A stretch of DNA of 63,276 nt, filler included, from Corallochytrium limacisporum Hawaii (lineage: Eukaryota > Protista > Pluriformea): NCBI GenBank assembly GCA_002811645.1. It is 5 parts of 5 records of this genome, joined end to end, with 100 filler letters (N's around TTAATTAATTAA, not from the genome) between each part and the next. Parts side by side here need not be neighbours in the genome. Positions count along the whole stretch, not along the records: positions 1 to 30,661 come from PDIP01000119.1; 4 more parts are not named here. The stretch is one strand, 5' to 3'. The position numbers and the translations under genes were made by a program. This document shows, in pieces, positions 1 to 8,961 of the stretch; position 1 is the first letter of the stretch; each line of letters begins with the position of its first letter. Under the pieces are notes generated by a model. That model was given only the letters and a program-made list of their open reading frames with translations. It made no database searches and was not told the origin of the DNA.

Positions 1-365
1 CGGGCCCCTCCGGCTTTTTCGTATCGGAGAGAGGTCCGTCGAGCGAAAGGGGGGAGGAGAGTTGAAAGGGGAGAGAAAGTCCATGCTTCCCTTCCTTCCG
101 TCAGCGGTGGGTGGGCGCCGGACGAGTGCGCGGACGATGGGGGAAGAGTTCCCGTCTCTCCCCCGCTCCCCAAAGGTGTCTGTCTGGTGGTCCCCTTTCA
201 AAGCAATTAGAATATGTCCTAAGGACGCAACATGGTTAGAACAAGGCATGACGGTCAGAGGGCCACAGTGATTGGTGGGTGGAAAGGATCAAAGTATAGA
301 TGATGGCGGAAGTGATAATGAAGCGTGAAGGACAGCATGGCAATAGTGATCTGTACATTATTATA

Positions 366-575
366 TCTGTTCGTTGGCCTCCCACAAAGCCGAGGTGGCT
401 GTTCCTCGCTCACGGTTTCCACTTCAGTGGCGAGTTCTGGTGGGAAGCCTTTGATCCCCATACTCAATATACTGCGCATAGAGGGGCAAAAGCTCTTCTA
501 GAACTCACTCGGGAGCGGGATGTGAACGCCATTTCGCAGAAGCAGACTGGAAGTATATCAGGGGCAATTTTCTAG
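366..575 (+). ncRNA. Candidate structured non-coding RNA, family unidentified
   Basis: Nested helices: 396-404 with 524-531, CTCGCTC 405-411 with GAGCGGG 513-519, GAGTTCTGG 432-440 with CTAGAACTC 498-506, TTTG..CCCC 450-459 with GGGGCAAA 483-490, and a side hairpin at 419-430. No credible ORF. G-rich promoter-like DNA lies upstream. Confidence 0.45.
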
Positions 576-606
576 TTATTTATATACTTATTTTTCTCCA
601 CTGCCT

Positions 607-688
607 CTAAGCATGGCCGAGTGGTTAAGGCGTTTGACTAGAAATCAAATGGGATTTTCCCGCGCAGGTTCGAGTCCTGCTGCTTGCG
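607..688 (+). tRNA. tRNA-Ser (anticodon AGA), 82 nt, with mismatched acceptor-stem positions 1-2
   Basis: A-box TGGCCGAGTGG, anticodon arm TTTGA-CTAGAAA-TCAAA, long variable arm, T-arm GCAGG-TTCGAGT-CCTGC, discriminator G688. The 5' strand is CTAAGCA and the 3' strand is TGCTTGC. Confidence 0.92.
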
Positions 689-704
689 GTTTATTCAAAC
701 CAGT

Positions 705-742
705 AGCTCCAGTGGTTGGAGCTTTCTTTTTTTTTTTTTTTT
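705..742 (+). terminator. Hairpin plus long oligo-T, probable Pol III terminator of the tRNA
   Basis: AGCTCCA-gtggt-TGGAGCT (705-723) is followed by a T-run ending at 742. This is the first run of 4 or more T after the tRNA. Confidence 0.65.
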
Positions 743-978
743 CCATTTCTTTTTCTTGCCCGGTTGATTTACAGCTGGTATCAGTTTTGTGCTGCTTCCT
801 GCCATTGTGCACCCATCTCCCAACCATTACACAGTTCGCAGCCTGACATTGTACACATCCGTGACCATTAAGTTGCAGGATACGACGAGCAAGCACCGGA
901 TCAAGAACAGGCAAACCTTTTTTGAACGATACCGTTTTGGTTGTAGTCACGATTACACTTTTAATTTTAATTCTACGG

Positions 979-1860
979 TCAGTTCTCAGTCTGGGAGATA
1001 CACTGCCACTCGCCATCGGCTGTTTCCTTGTAAAGGCGCACCCGATTGTCACCAGAACTGACAGCAAGTAGATTGCCGGTCAGGCTCCAGCTCAGCTTCC
1101 AGACTACAGCGTCAACGGAGAAGGATGTACTCTTCCATTCCGTCCGGTTGTGATCTTTCTTGTATATATGTACCTTCTTGTCCTGTCCGCCGACGGCGAC
1201 CATGGTGTAGGGCAGGCCAGTGTCCGGTGCCCAGGCGGCATCCCGGACCCAGTCCTCATAACTGGCCAGAGGCTCGGGAGACCATGCGTCTCCAGCACCA
1301 CTGCCTTGACTCCAAATCTTGACGCTAGAGTCACATCCTCCAGTTATGAACTTGAGAGATTCTCCGGCGGTATAAGGAGACCAGCTTATACAGTTTACTC
1401 CCGAGCTATGTGCCTGGAATTTGTGCTCGTCCCAGGACGTAAGGTCGCTGCTTCCAATGATACTGACATTGCCATCTGCGGATCCACAGGCAACCATGAG
1501 ACCAGCTTCGTGAGGCGCAAACTCTACACAGTTTACACTGCTTTCATGCTTGTCATAGGTGTAGAGAATTTCCCATTGCGAGCCATTGCCCATGTCCCGC
1601 CAAATAATAAGTTTCCTGTCATAGCTAACGGTAGCCAATAGGCCACCAAACTTAGGATGTGCCCAATCGCAGCTCCACACCGGGCCCGAGTGCCCTTTCA
1701 ATTCCGCCAACTGTCGACTCTGTTCCTCCAGCTCGGAAAAGATGCGCACGGAGCAGTCAGAGGAGCAAGTAGCCATCCGTTTTCCGTAGTAGTCTACCTT
1801 GCAGTCATGGATCATATCCTCATGACCCGTCTCAAACGACGATACTGTAGTCGCAGCCAT
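979..1860 (-). CDS. SEC13: Protein SEC13 (COPII coat / nucleoporin / GATOR2 WD40 subunit)
   Basis: Signatures HEDMIHD..DYYGKRMATCSSD, GHSGPVW..WAHPKFG, DWVRDAAWAP and WSLTGNLLAVSSGDN. Single exon. Confidence 0.97.
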   Translation of the reverse strand: MAATTVSSFETGHEDMIHDCKVDYYGKRMATCSSDCSVRIFSELEEQSRQLAELKGHSGPVWSCDWAHPKFGGLLATVSYDRKLIIWRDMGNGSQWEILYTYDKHESSVNCVEFAPHEAGLMVACGSADGNVSIIGSSDLTSWDEHKFQAHSSGVNCISWSPYTAGESLKFITGGCDSSVKIWSQGSGAGDAWSPEPLASYEDWVRDAAWAPDTGLPYTMVAVGGQDKKVHIYKKDHNRTEWKSTSFSVDAVVWKLSWSLTGNLLAVSSGDNRVRLYKETADGEWQCISQTEN

Positions 1861-2339
1861 TTTTTAACTTTGACTGAAATTAGTGCTATCAGCCACCGAA
1901 TGATTCCTAACTTGTAGAGAAAGCTTTTCGTCTCCCATATCAAAAGAAGGCATGTTTATTTACCAACTCCAGGACCCATAAATCAGATTGAAAATAGCAC
2001 GGAATACTATCACAATGATGAAAACAATGCCGAACAAACATGACATGAATGTGACGAGCTAACCAGAACAAGCATCTGCCCGCGATGACAACTCGAGGAA
2101 TGCGCGCGTACCACAAAACAATAACAAGCCGCGCACGGGCTAAGGCCGCACGAAACCTCGGGGTGGGGGGCGGCACAGAGAGCCAACATTCAATCCTCGT
2201 CCCCTCCGTGCCACCTCACCGACTCCTCCCCTCCAGCCACCCGACTGGCCCTCGTTCTTGCCCTACATTAACTATAGAAATACTGGCCCAACGCTGAAAA
2301 AGAAAACCCCAGGCAGGAAATGTCGGCTTCAACGAGGAC

Positions 2340-3458
2340 CCATTTCGGAGAATCTATTAAAGTATATCAAACAGCTTCGCGACCCTATCCCTTTGTCGCC
2401 TGCCCGTCTTACGCTTCGCTCGTCCAGACGGGTGCCCTCCATCACCGTGGGGTCTGCGACGGTCACCGTGCTCACACTGAAGGCGGGTCCATACCCGGCA
2501 CGAAGCTGTGAGTACCACGGGTATTTAAATAAGATCCATCAGATGGACGATTCGGCTCTTACTGTTTTCGTATAGACGTTAATGTGATTAAACGATAAGA
2601 AATGTGTACTTACGATGCTATGTAATTGGGAAAGCAGGTCAAGCAATGCTGAGTCCGCTATAGCCGGACCTTCAAGGAGTGTTCAATTTTGCCCTATGCA
2701 TTGGATGGCCGTACGTGCCTGAGTTGCCACACGACCTTCCACATCTATGTTCACCCCGGACCAGACTGGTGGCCCCTTTGGCATCCAAGGCCATGCGACA
2801 GAAACTGTGCAGAGTATGGAGGCAGAGTATTCCTGTTTCAGTGACCTGGAACCAAAGGAGCGGAGTGTACAGAGCCTCATGAGGAGGTCAACGGTGGCGC
2901 CCATATGCCTACCTGATGCTGATCGAGTATGTTGTCAATGACTTGGAAGCACAATCCCACCGCAACCTCGCCCAAGAACAGGAACTGAGGAAGAAACAGA
3001 ATCTCTTGCAGAGCAACAGCACTTCTTACCCAGGTTGGTCAGAGCACATAGAGAATACCCGCGAGAGTGAAGAGCCTCAGAAACGTTTGATATTCCTTGA
3101 AGCTCTCGCTCTCATCGATCGCAACATGCTAAAATCGATCAAGACAATTCAAGTAGGTCATGGTAGCACAGGTGATAAGTTGGTGGACAGTGACAAGCTG
3201 TACGAAGAGGCCGAACGCCTGGTCAAATGAAACACGAAGCCCAACCTCTCATGGTCAATCAGAGACCGGGAACTGGAAAAAGCCTTGTACATCGAAGGTC
3301 TCCAATCCTGGGTCAGCACACAATTCGATGACCCAGTGACCATTAATGAAAATGAACCCGATTCTATTGCACCATCATTCTCTGTCACGAAGTCTCATAC
3401 AAGCAAGACATCTCGGGTGACAATTCCTATTGAAGTGGAAGTGAAGTCAGAGCCTTAG
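2340..3458 (+). pseudogene. Disrupted ORF of unknown family
   Basis: ORF 2916-3230 continues in frame through TGA 3228-3230 for 75 more codons to TAG 3456-3458. Upstream protein-like segments lie in other frames. The 5' limit is approximate. Confidence 0.4.
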
Positions 3459-3603
3459 AGAATTTTGCATAACGAAAATGTTCATCGGTCAGCGTATGGT
3501 CTCATGTGCTCAGCCAAAAACCGGAAAACAGAAATGCCCGATGCAATAATGGTCAGTTATGGTAATATGCTATAATCCTAGTAAAGATGGTTGTGATTGC
3601 TAC

Positions 3604-4050
3604 TCAGCACTGGTGAGTAGGAAGCTTGGCGACCCTAAGCTGGGACAACAAGTTGCGAGCAGCCTTGGTATGCCGCTGGACGCCACCGTTGAAATCAATG
3701 GTTGCATCCTTACCATTACGCTTCATAATAATGCTAATACCACCCGGATGATTGCCCACAAATTCCTTGCAGTCGTGGACAATGTCATCGACCACGATCA
3801 GAATTTCGTTATTAGTCTTTACCCGGCTCTCAATTTCTGTCCAGTTCCAGACAGGGAGCGTGTCAACAGGGACGGGCTGAATCTGCTTACGGGAGGTGCG
3901 CTCCTCCTCGAGTTTCTTGGCTTCCGCATCGACGCGCTTCTGCACCATGCGTCCGAGCCACTTGGCAGCACCTTCCATTCCGATCACGCTCAGAACCCAG
4001 TGAATCCTCAAGAGGATCCAAATTGGCGTCAAGTTCATAATGGCCTGCAT
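3604..4050 (-). CDS. Stand-alone cytochrome b5-like heme protein resembling the C-terminal b5 domain of Ole1-type delta-9 desaturases
   Basis: HPGG heme motif, GKDATIDFNGGVQRHTKAARNLLSQLRVA segment, hydrophobic N-terminus. Confidence 0.8.
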   Translation of the reverse strand: MQAIMNLTPIWILLRIHWVLSVIGMEGAAKWLGRMVQKRVDAEAKKLEEERTSRKQIQPVPVDTLPVWNWTEIESRVKTNNEILIVVDDIVHDCKEFVGNHPGGISIIMKRNGKDATIDFNGGVQRHTKAARNLLSQLRVAKLPTHQC

Positions 4051-5126
4051 TGTGTCCGTTATTGTGTATATGTCTGTTCTTTATTTGAGAACTTGAATCT
4101 TTCAGATGGTCGCACGTGTATATTTTCCCAGGATCCAAGTTTGAAATACCCGCACCTAGTGAGCAAATTTGCACTCTGACGCAACCGTACACCGGGTCCC
4201 GGTCTGTTTCTCGTTGCATCTCTCCGAAGAGACCGCTCCATGCGTTAGTCACGAAAACGACACAAAAACAGTGACGACGATACACGAAGCCGAGGTCGAT
4301 CTACAATAGTTTGCAGTAGCCACGATAGGCCACGCAAGCATGGAGAGTGCCTTTCCCCCGGTGTTCCCCGCCCCCCAAAAATTTCATATTTCGTTTTTTG
4401 GGGGCAGGTTTGGGCACTGGTCCTCCAAGGCCCTGTATTTTCGCACCGTTCGTACTCTAATACAAAACATACCGTGGAAATGGAGCGGTTCCAGTACAAA
4501 TCACAGTTCAAGCCCATTTTCTGGGGCAAATTAGAGGTCAAAAGGGAAAAAAAAAAGACGAAAATCTCTGGCCAAGGTTCCCAGAAAAATCGGTGGCCGG
4601 AAAGACCCGCCTCAAGTCAACAAATTCCGGGGCCTATTTTATATTGTCGTCAAACAAAGTTCGGACGGAAAATTCGCGCTGGTGGAAGAAACTGAAACCT
4701 TACTTACATCATTTAACATTGGAGAGTTTGGCTCATTTTGCCTCCCCCGTGTGTACCACAGCCTCCTCCGAACATTTTGCATTTTGGCCGGGCAGTTGTG
4801 ATCTTGCGCGCGGTGGCAAGGGGGGGGAGAGGCGAAGGAGCGGCAGAGAGAGGCAGGAGGGGCTGGACGGCAAATGGAGAAAGCAGCCACATTCCAGCAA
4901 ATTGTTAAAGGCCTCCGTAAGAGACTCGTTGACCGCACCCAAAATCTTGACATACTTGCACGTGGATGCTTCGTGTATGGGTATTTGTATACTGAATTTA
5001 TGCTCCTTTCGTGACAGCCCACGTCTGTTTGTCTCGGATTGATGTGTAATTGTGCGCAGAGCGATTCAGATGTATTGATATCAATATGTTGACGTGAGCA
5101 AGTTTGACCAGGGCAATCATACAAAC

Positions 5127-8100
5127 ATGTCTGCCACAGAAGTGGTTGCAGCCTTGTTGGTGGCAGGTGCTGAAACTACTGATTCAGACCAGAAAATAAA
5201 GTGCCTAAAAGAGGCATCGGCATTCATATACGCCAACGATGATTATGTAGCTCTCTTAGACAATTTTATCGAAGAGGTTATAGGTTTTGCGGATGACCGG
5301 GAACCGACAGTGCAAGGATTTGTAGTAGATTTCTTGGCCCAGGCCGCGAGGGTTCAGAGCCGTTTTAGCACTCGGGTACTCCAACACTATGCTACCCTGT
5401 GGGACACCTACAACTCGCCAGACAGTGACTACGCCATTGTTGTAAAGAGAGCGATTAGTGGCATGGTAGTAGTGTTTCGCTCTGGATTACGGCAGCTGGC
5501 TAAGCAGAGATCCAGCAGCGAAGCGACCGAAGAGCTGAAGGCGTTACTCTATGAAGCAGAAGACAAGTCTACCGGCTTTCTTGAAAGTGAGAATCCGGGG
5601 CAGAGGTTGGCTGCGATCAAGGCCTCAGAGACGTACGTCATGAGTCTTAGCTACAAAACAAAGGAGAGTATGGAAAGTCCAGATGACACTATTTCTTTGG
5701 ATGACATTCCGCCACAGGGCGTGCTTGATATTGAGTTCCTGAGAGAGCGTGGGCTGAAGCATTTCAGGAGACTGGTTCGGACTCTACGCGCAAAGCGGAT
5801 CACTAGTATGAACATGGTCGCACTGATCTACACCCTCGGAACGCTAGCTCGCAAAAGGCCAAAATTCATGAAGGATGTAACAGAGGCGTTCCTTGCTGTA
5901 CCTGCCCACCTTCCGGAAGAGTTTACTACGGCACAGAAGAAGGCATGCACCAAGGCCATTAAACTCCAGGTCGGCTTGTTCATTATCCATCCCTCCGGAG
6001 GTGGTGCACTGCTGGACCTCTTTGCCAAGGTGCTGTCAGCTTTGGGTCTGCGATCCAGCGAGGTGGACCGTTTAATTCGGTCGCGCCCTCCGGATCTCGA
6101 CGAAGTCGTGACTCCGCAGGTTCAAGCGAAGCGTATGGAGGAATTGCGACATCTCCCTAGTGCACGAAAGATTGAGCAGGCAAAGGATTTAGCCCCTGTG
6201 CGGGACTTGACCAAGATTGTGCGTAATGTGGACCAGGGGGGCCGGTTGGCCACGGACATTGTGCTGCAGCACATTGGGCAAATGCCAGACACATTTCCAC
6301 AAAAATTTGAGGACGCCTGGCCACCGACTGTCGGACAGGAATTCTTCGGACCTGATGTTGAACGTGCCACCATCATGGCTTTGAGTATCATGTCACACAT
6401 GATGGTGGACGACACGGAACAGGGGACAAAGCCTACTGGACAATTCACGTACGAAGGATATGGTCATGGTCATGGCAAGACGCTTTTCAAGGGCCAGGAA
6501 GAGAAGCAGGCCGAGGTTCTCCCTAAGTCATTTATTCTGGTTGATGAACGTGATGATGTTTTGACTTCGCCTGTGTTGGGACCAGGGAATGAAGTTCCTG
6601 ACATCACAGGGCTTGCTAAGGGAATTCTTGGTGAGGCTGCCAGCAAAGTGAAGTTGGAGGAAGGCAGCATGCTCGAGGAACAGGAGCAACCCAAGAAGAG
6701 TGGCAGGAAGCGCAAGATCGAAGAAGACGAAACGAAGCCGGAAGTTGTGCCGAAAAAGCAGGCTGCGGCAGGGAGGGGCTTTGCTTTGAAGGTCTCACCT
6801 CTCGATGACGAGTTCAAACTCGAGCTGTACATGGAAGCCGTCAATCGTATTATTGATACCTGCAAAGAAGCGCACCAGGGCGCTAAGGCGGGGGCAGGAG
6901 GCATGCAGGCGACCGAAGGTGAAGAAGGATACAGCGGAGTGGAGAAATTGGGAAATGGTCTCTTGCAGTCGCTGGTTGTGCGGGCGTGGCCTTTGGATGA
7001 AGATATCCGGGTGGCCAACCGCTTTGCCAAGTACGTCACAGGAAAGCTACGGTACCACATGGAACTTGCCAAATCCTTCATTTTACTTGAGTACGAAAGC
7101 GGTACTCTGCGTGATTCGTTCGATCGCTATGACCGTGTACTCTCTGCCCTGCTAGGCCGCATGGTCGGCCAGCATATTCGCAGCAGTGCCATGGGGACCA
7201 GTGGCCAGACATTGCTGTCAGAATTCCTGAACACTGCCCCCAGGATCGCTCCTGGCTCCGCACAGACCCTTGCTGATGGATCTATAGAGGCCATTACGTC
7301 AAAAGATTTGCAGGGAGCTGGTGGCGACACTCTCGACGACAAGGAAAGGCTCACAGCGCACAAGTACATTCTAGACGCGCTCAAGGATTTCATCATATTC
7401 CGACCGCCGGCCCGTGAGCAGGCAATGGAAGCGATTGTGCAGCTGGCTTGCCACATGGCACCCCGTGTGCGCATCAGTGCCATTCAGGTGATGCGTGATC
7501 TGCACAAGAGTTTGCAAAATGAGGAACTGGTTGCCCGCATTGAGCAGGCGGCAACATCCCATCTACAAGCTGTGCTGGAATTCGGTGAGAGCACAGATGG
7601 CGATGCCATGGCGCAGGACTACGCGGATGGCAATGAACCATCACCTGCCGCTGACGGAGATGAGGCTCCCAGCCCTCCTGCCGATGAAGACGAAGAGTTG
7701 GGAGACAAAGCCGAGGGCGGCGAAGGAGGCGAAAAGATGGTCGAGCACGCGAACCGTAAGGAAGGACTGATGGTAGATGCGGAAGGCGCTGGCGACGATG
7801 CCATGGAGGGTCAGCTGACTGAGGCACAGGAGGCAGAGCTGCTGCAAAAATGGAACAGTGACCGGGTCAAGTGGCACCTACAATTTTTCATGGCTCTGGT
7901 GCCCTCGAAACCAAAGCTGCTCATGGAGGAAGGCATTTTCTTCCGCGTGTTTGAGGAGGCTCCACGGTTCGGCAGGGATACCATAAAGGAGTTGCTGCTG
8001 GCTTGCACCGGGATCATTGGCAACGAAAACGAAGACCTCATGGAGGTGCTGCTTGCTATTCCCGACTCCTGCCGCAGCATGGCCTTCTACCTTATTAGTG

Positions 8101-8885
8101 CCCTGAGTCGCAACTTCACACCGTCCAAAGTTTTCGAGGAGACCGTGCATCTGCTTCACACGCGCACAGGCGATGCCCGCTTCCTCATTCCGCTAGTACC
8201 GCACATGGCTCCAGATGAAGTCCGCCGCTGGTTGCCCGAGTTCCTTACCATGGATAGCCTTGATCATGTTAAGACCGCAGTGCAGACAATCTTGCGCGCG
8301 GGTGCAAATGATCCCGCCTGCATGAAGCCAGCAACTCTGATGGTGGAGATTGCAACCATGAACGAGAAAGGTAAACGGGACAGCAAAACAAGCATGCGGG
8401 ACGACGATGAAGAACAGCAAGAGGTGCCTCTGGAACGCATCGCACAGGCTCTAAACTACTGCTTCGAGCTGAGTTCCGTGGTAAATCAGTCCGTTATTGC
8501 TGTGGTGTTGCAACAGCTTAGCAGCTTCCAGCCTCTCCCTGTGCTCATGATGCGTCTGATCATCCAAAGTGTCAAGATTGCCCCGAAACTGCTCAGCTTC
8601 GTTTGCAATACCATCATGATCAAATTGATCCAACGAGAGATTTGGACCAATCGTCAACTCTGGGAAGGCTTCGTACGCTTCTGCCTCGATCCTTCCAACC
8701 ATCCCCACACGTACTTTGTTCTTATGTCGCTACCTCCAGAGCAATTGCACGAGGTGCTACGTAGCGGTAAGCAAGGCAGCCACGTTGGCCGCGCGCTGCA
8801 GTCGTTCCTGAAGCAGAGCAATGCGGACCAGGAAGGTCGCATTCCACTTGCAACACGACGCATGATCATGAGGGGACGGTACTGA
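5127..8885 (+). CDS. SYMPK: Symplekin / Pta1 (3'-end processing scaffold)
   Basis: HEAT-like N-terminus (LLDNFIEEVIGF, LARKRPKFM) and Symplekin_C motifs (PLPVLMMRLIIQ, IW..RQLWEGFVR, LPPEQL). First ATG at 5127; AATAAA at 8907. Confidence 0.93.
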   Translation: MSATEVVAALLVAGAETTDSDQKIKCLKEASAFIYANDDYVALLDNFIEEVIGFADDREPTVQGFVVDFLAQAARVQSRFSTRVLQHYATLWDTYNSPDSDYAIVVKRAISGMVVVFRSGLRQLAKQRSSSEATEELKALLYEAEDKSTGFLESENPGQRLAAIKASETYVMSLSYKTKESMESPDDTISLDDIPPQGVLDIEFLRERGLKHFRRLVRTLRAKRITSMNMVALIYTLGTLARKRPKFMKDVTEAFLAVPAHLPEEFTTAQKKACTKAIKLQVGLFIIHPSGGGALLDLFAKVLSALGLRSSEVDRLIRSRPPDLDEVVTPQVQAKRMEELRHLPSARKIEQAKDLAPVRDLTKIVRNVDQGGRLATDIVLQHIGQMPDTFPQKFEDAWPPTVGQEFFGPDVERATIMALSIMSHMMVDDTEQGTKPTGQFTYEGYGHGHGKTLFKGQEEKQAEVLPKSFILVDERDDVLTSPVLGPGNEVPDITGLAKGILGEAASKVKLEEGSMLEEQEQPKKSGRKRKIEEDETKPEVVPKKQAAAGRGFALKVSPLDDEFKLELYMEAVNRIIDTCKEAHQGAKAGAGGMQATEGEEGYSGVEKLGNGLLQSLVVRAWPLDEDIRVANRFAKYVTGKLRYHMELAKSFILLEYESGTLRDSFDRYDRVLSALLGRMVGQHIRSSAMGTSGQTLLSEFLNTAPRIAPGSAQTLADGSIEAITSKDLQGAGGDTLDDKERLTAHKYILDALKDFIIFRPPAREQAMEAIVQLACHMAPRVRISAIQVMRDLHKSLQNEELVARIEQAATSHLQAVLEFGESTDGDAMAQDYADGNEPSPAADGDEAPSPPADEDEELGDKAEGGEGGEKMVEHANRKEGLMVDAEGAGDDAMEGQLTEAQEAELLQKWNSDRVKWHLQFFMALVPSKPKLLMEEGIFFRVFEEAPRFGRDTIKELLLACTGIIGNENEDLMEVLLAIPDSCRSMAFYLISALSRNFTPSKVFEETVHLLHTRTGDARFLIPLVPHMAPDEVRRWLPEFLTMDSLDHVKTAVQTILRAGANDPACMKPATLMVEIATMNEKGKRDSKTSMRDDDEEQQEVPLERIAQALNYCFELSSVVNQSVIAVVLQQLSSFQPLPVLMMRLIIQSVKIAPKLLSFVCNTIMIKLIQREIWTNRQLWEGFVRFCLDPSNHPHTYFVLMSLPPEQLHEVLRSGKQGSHVGRALQSFLKQSNADQEGRIPLATRRMIMRGRY

Positions 8886-8961
8886 TCAATTCTTGCCATC
8901 GGTATCAATAAAGTAAGACATAGTCGGTGTGATGATAGTTTACAATCTACCCTTGTATTCG

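Noticed and set aside
286-330. U3 snoRNA-like words (GGATCA..TATAG, AAGCGTGAAG)
   Set aside because: Box A is degenerate, the spacing is wrong, and there is no properly placed box C/D.
3228-3600. Selenocysteine reading of the in-frame TGA
   Set aside because: No Cys/Sec redox context and no recognisable SECIS core downstream.
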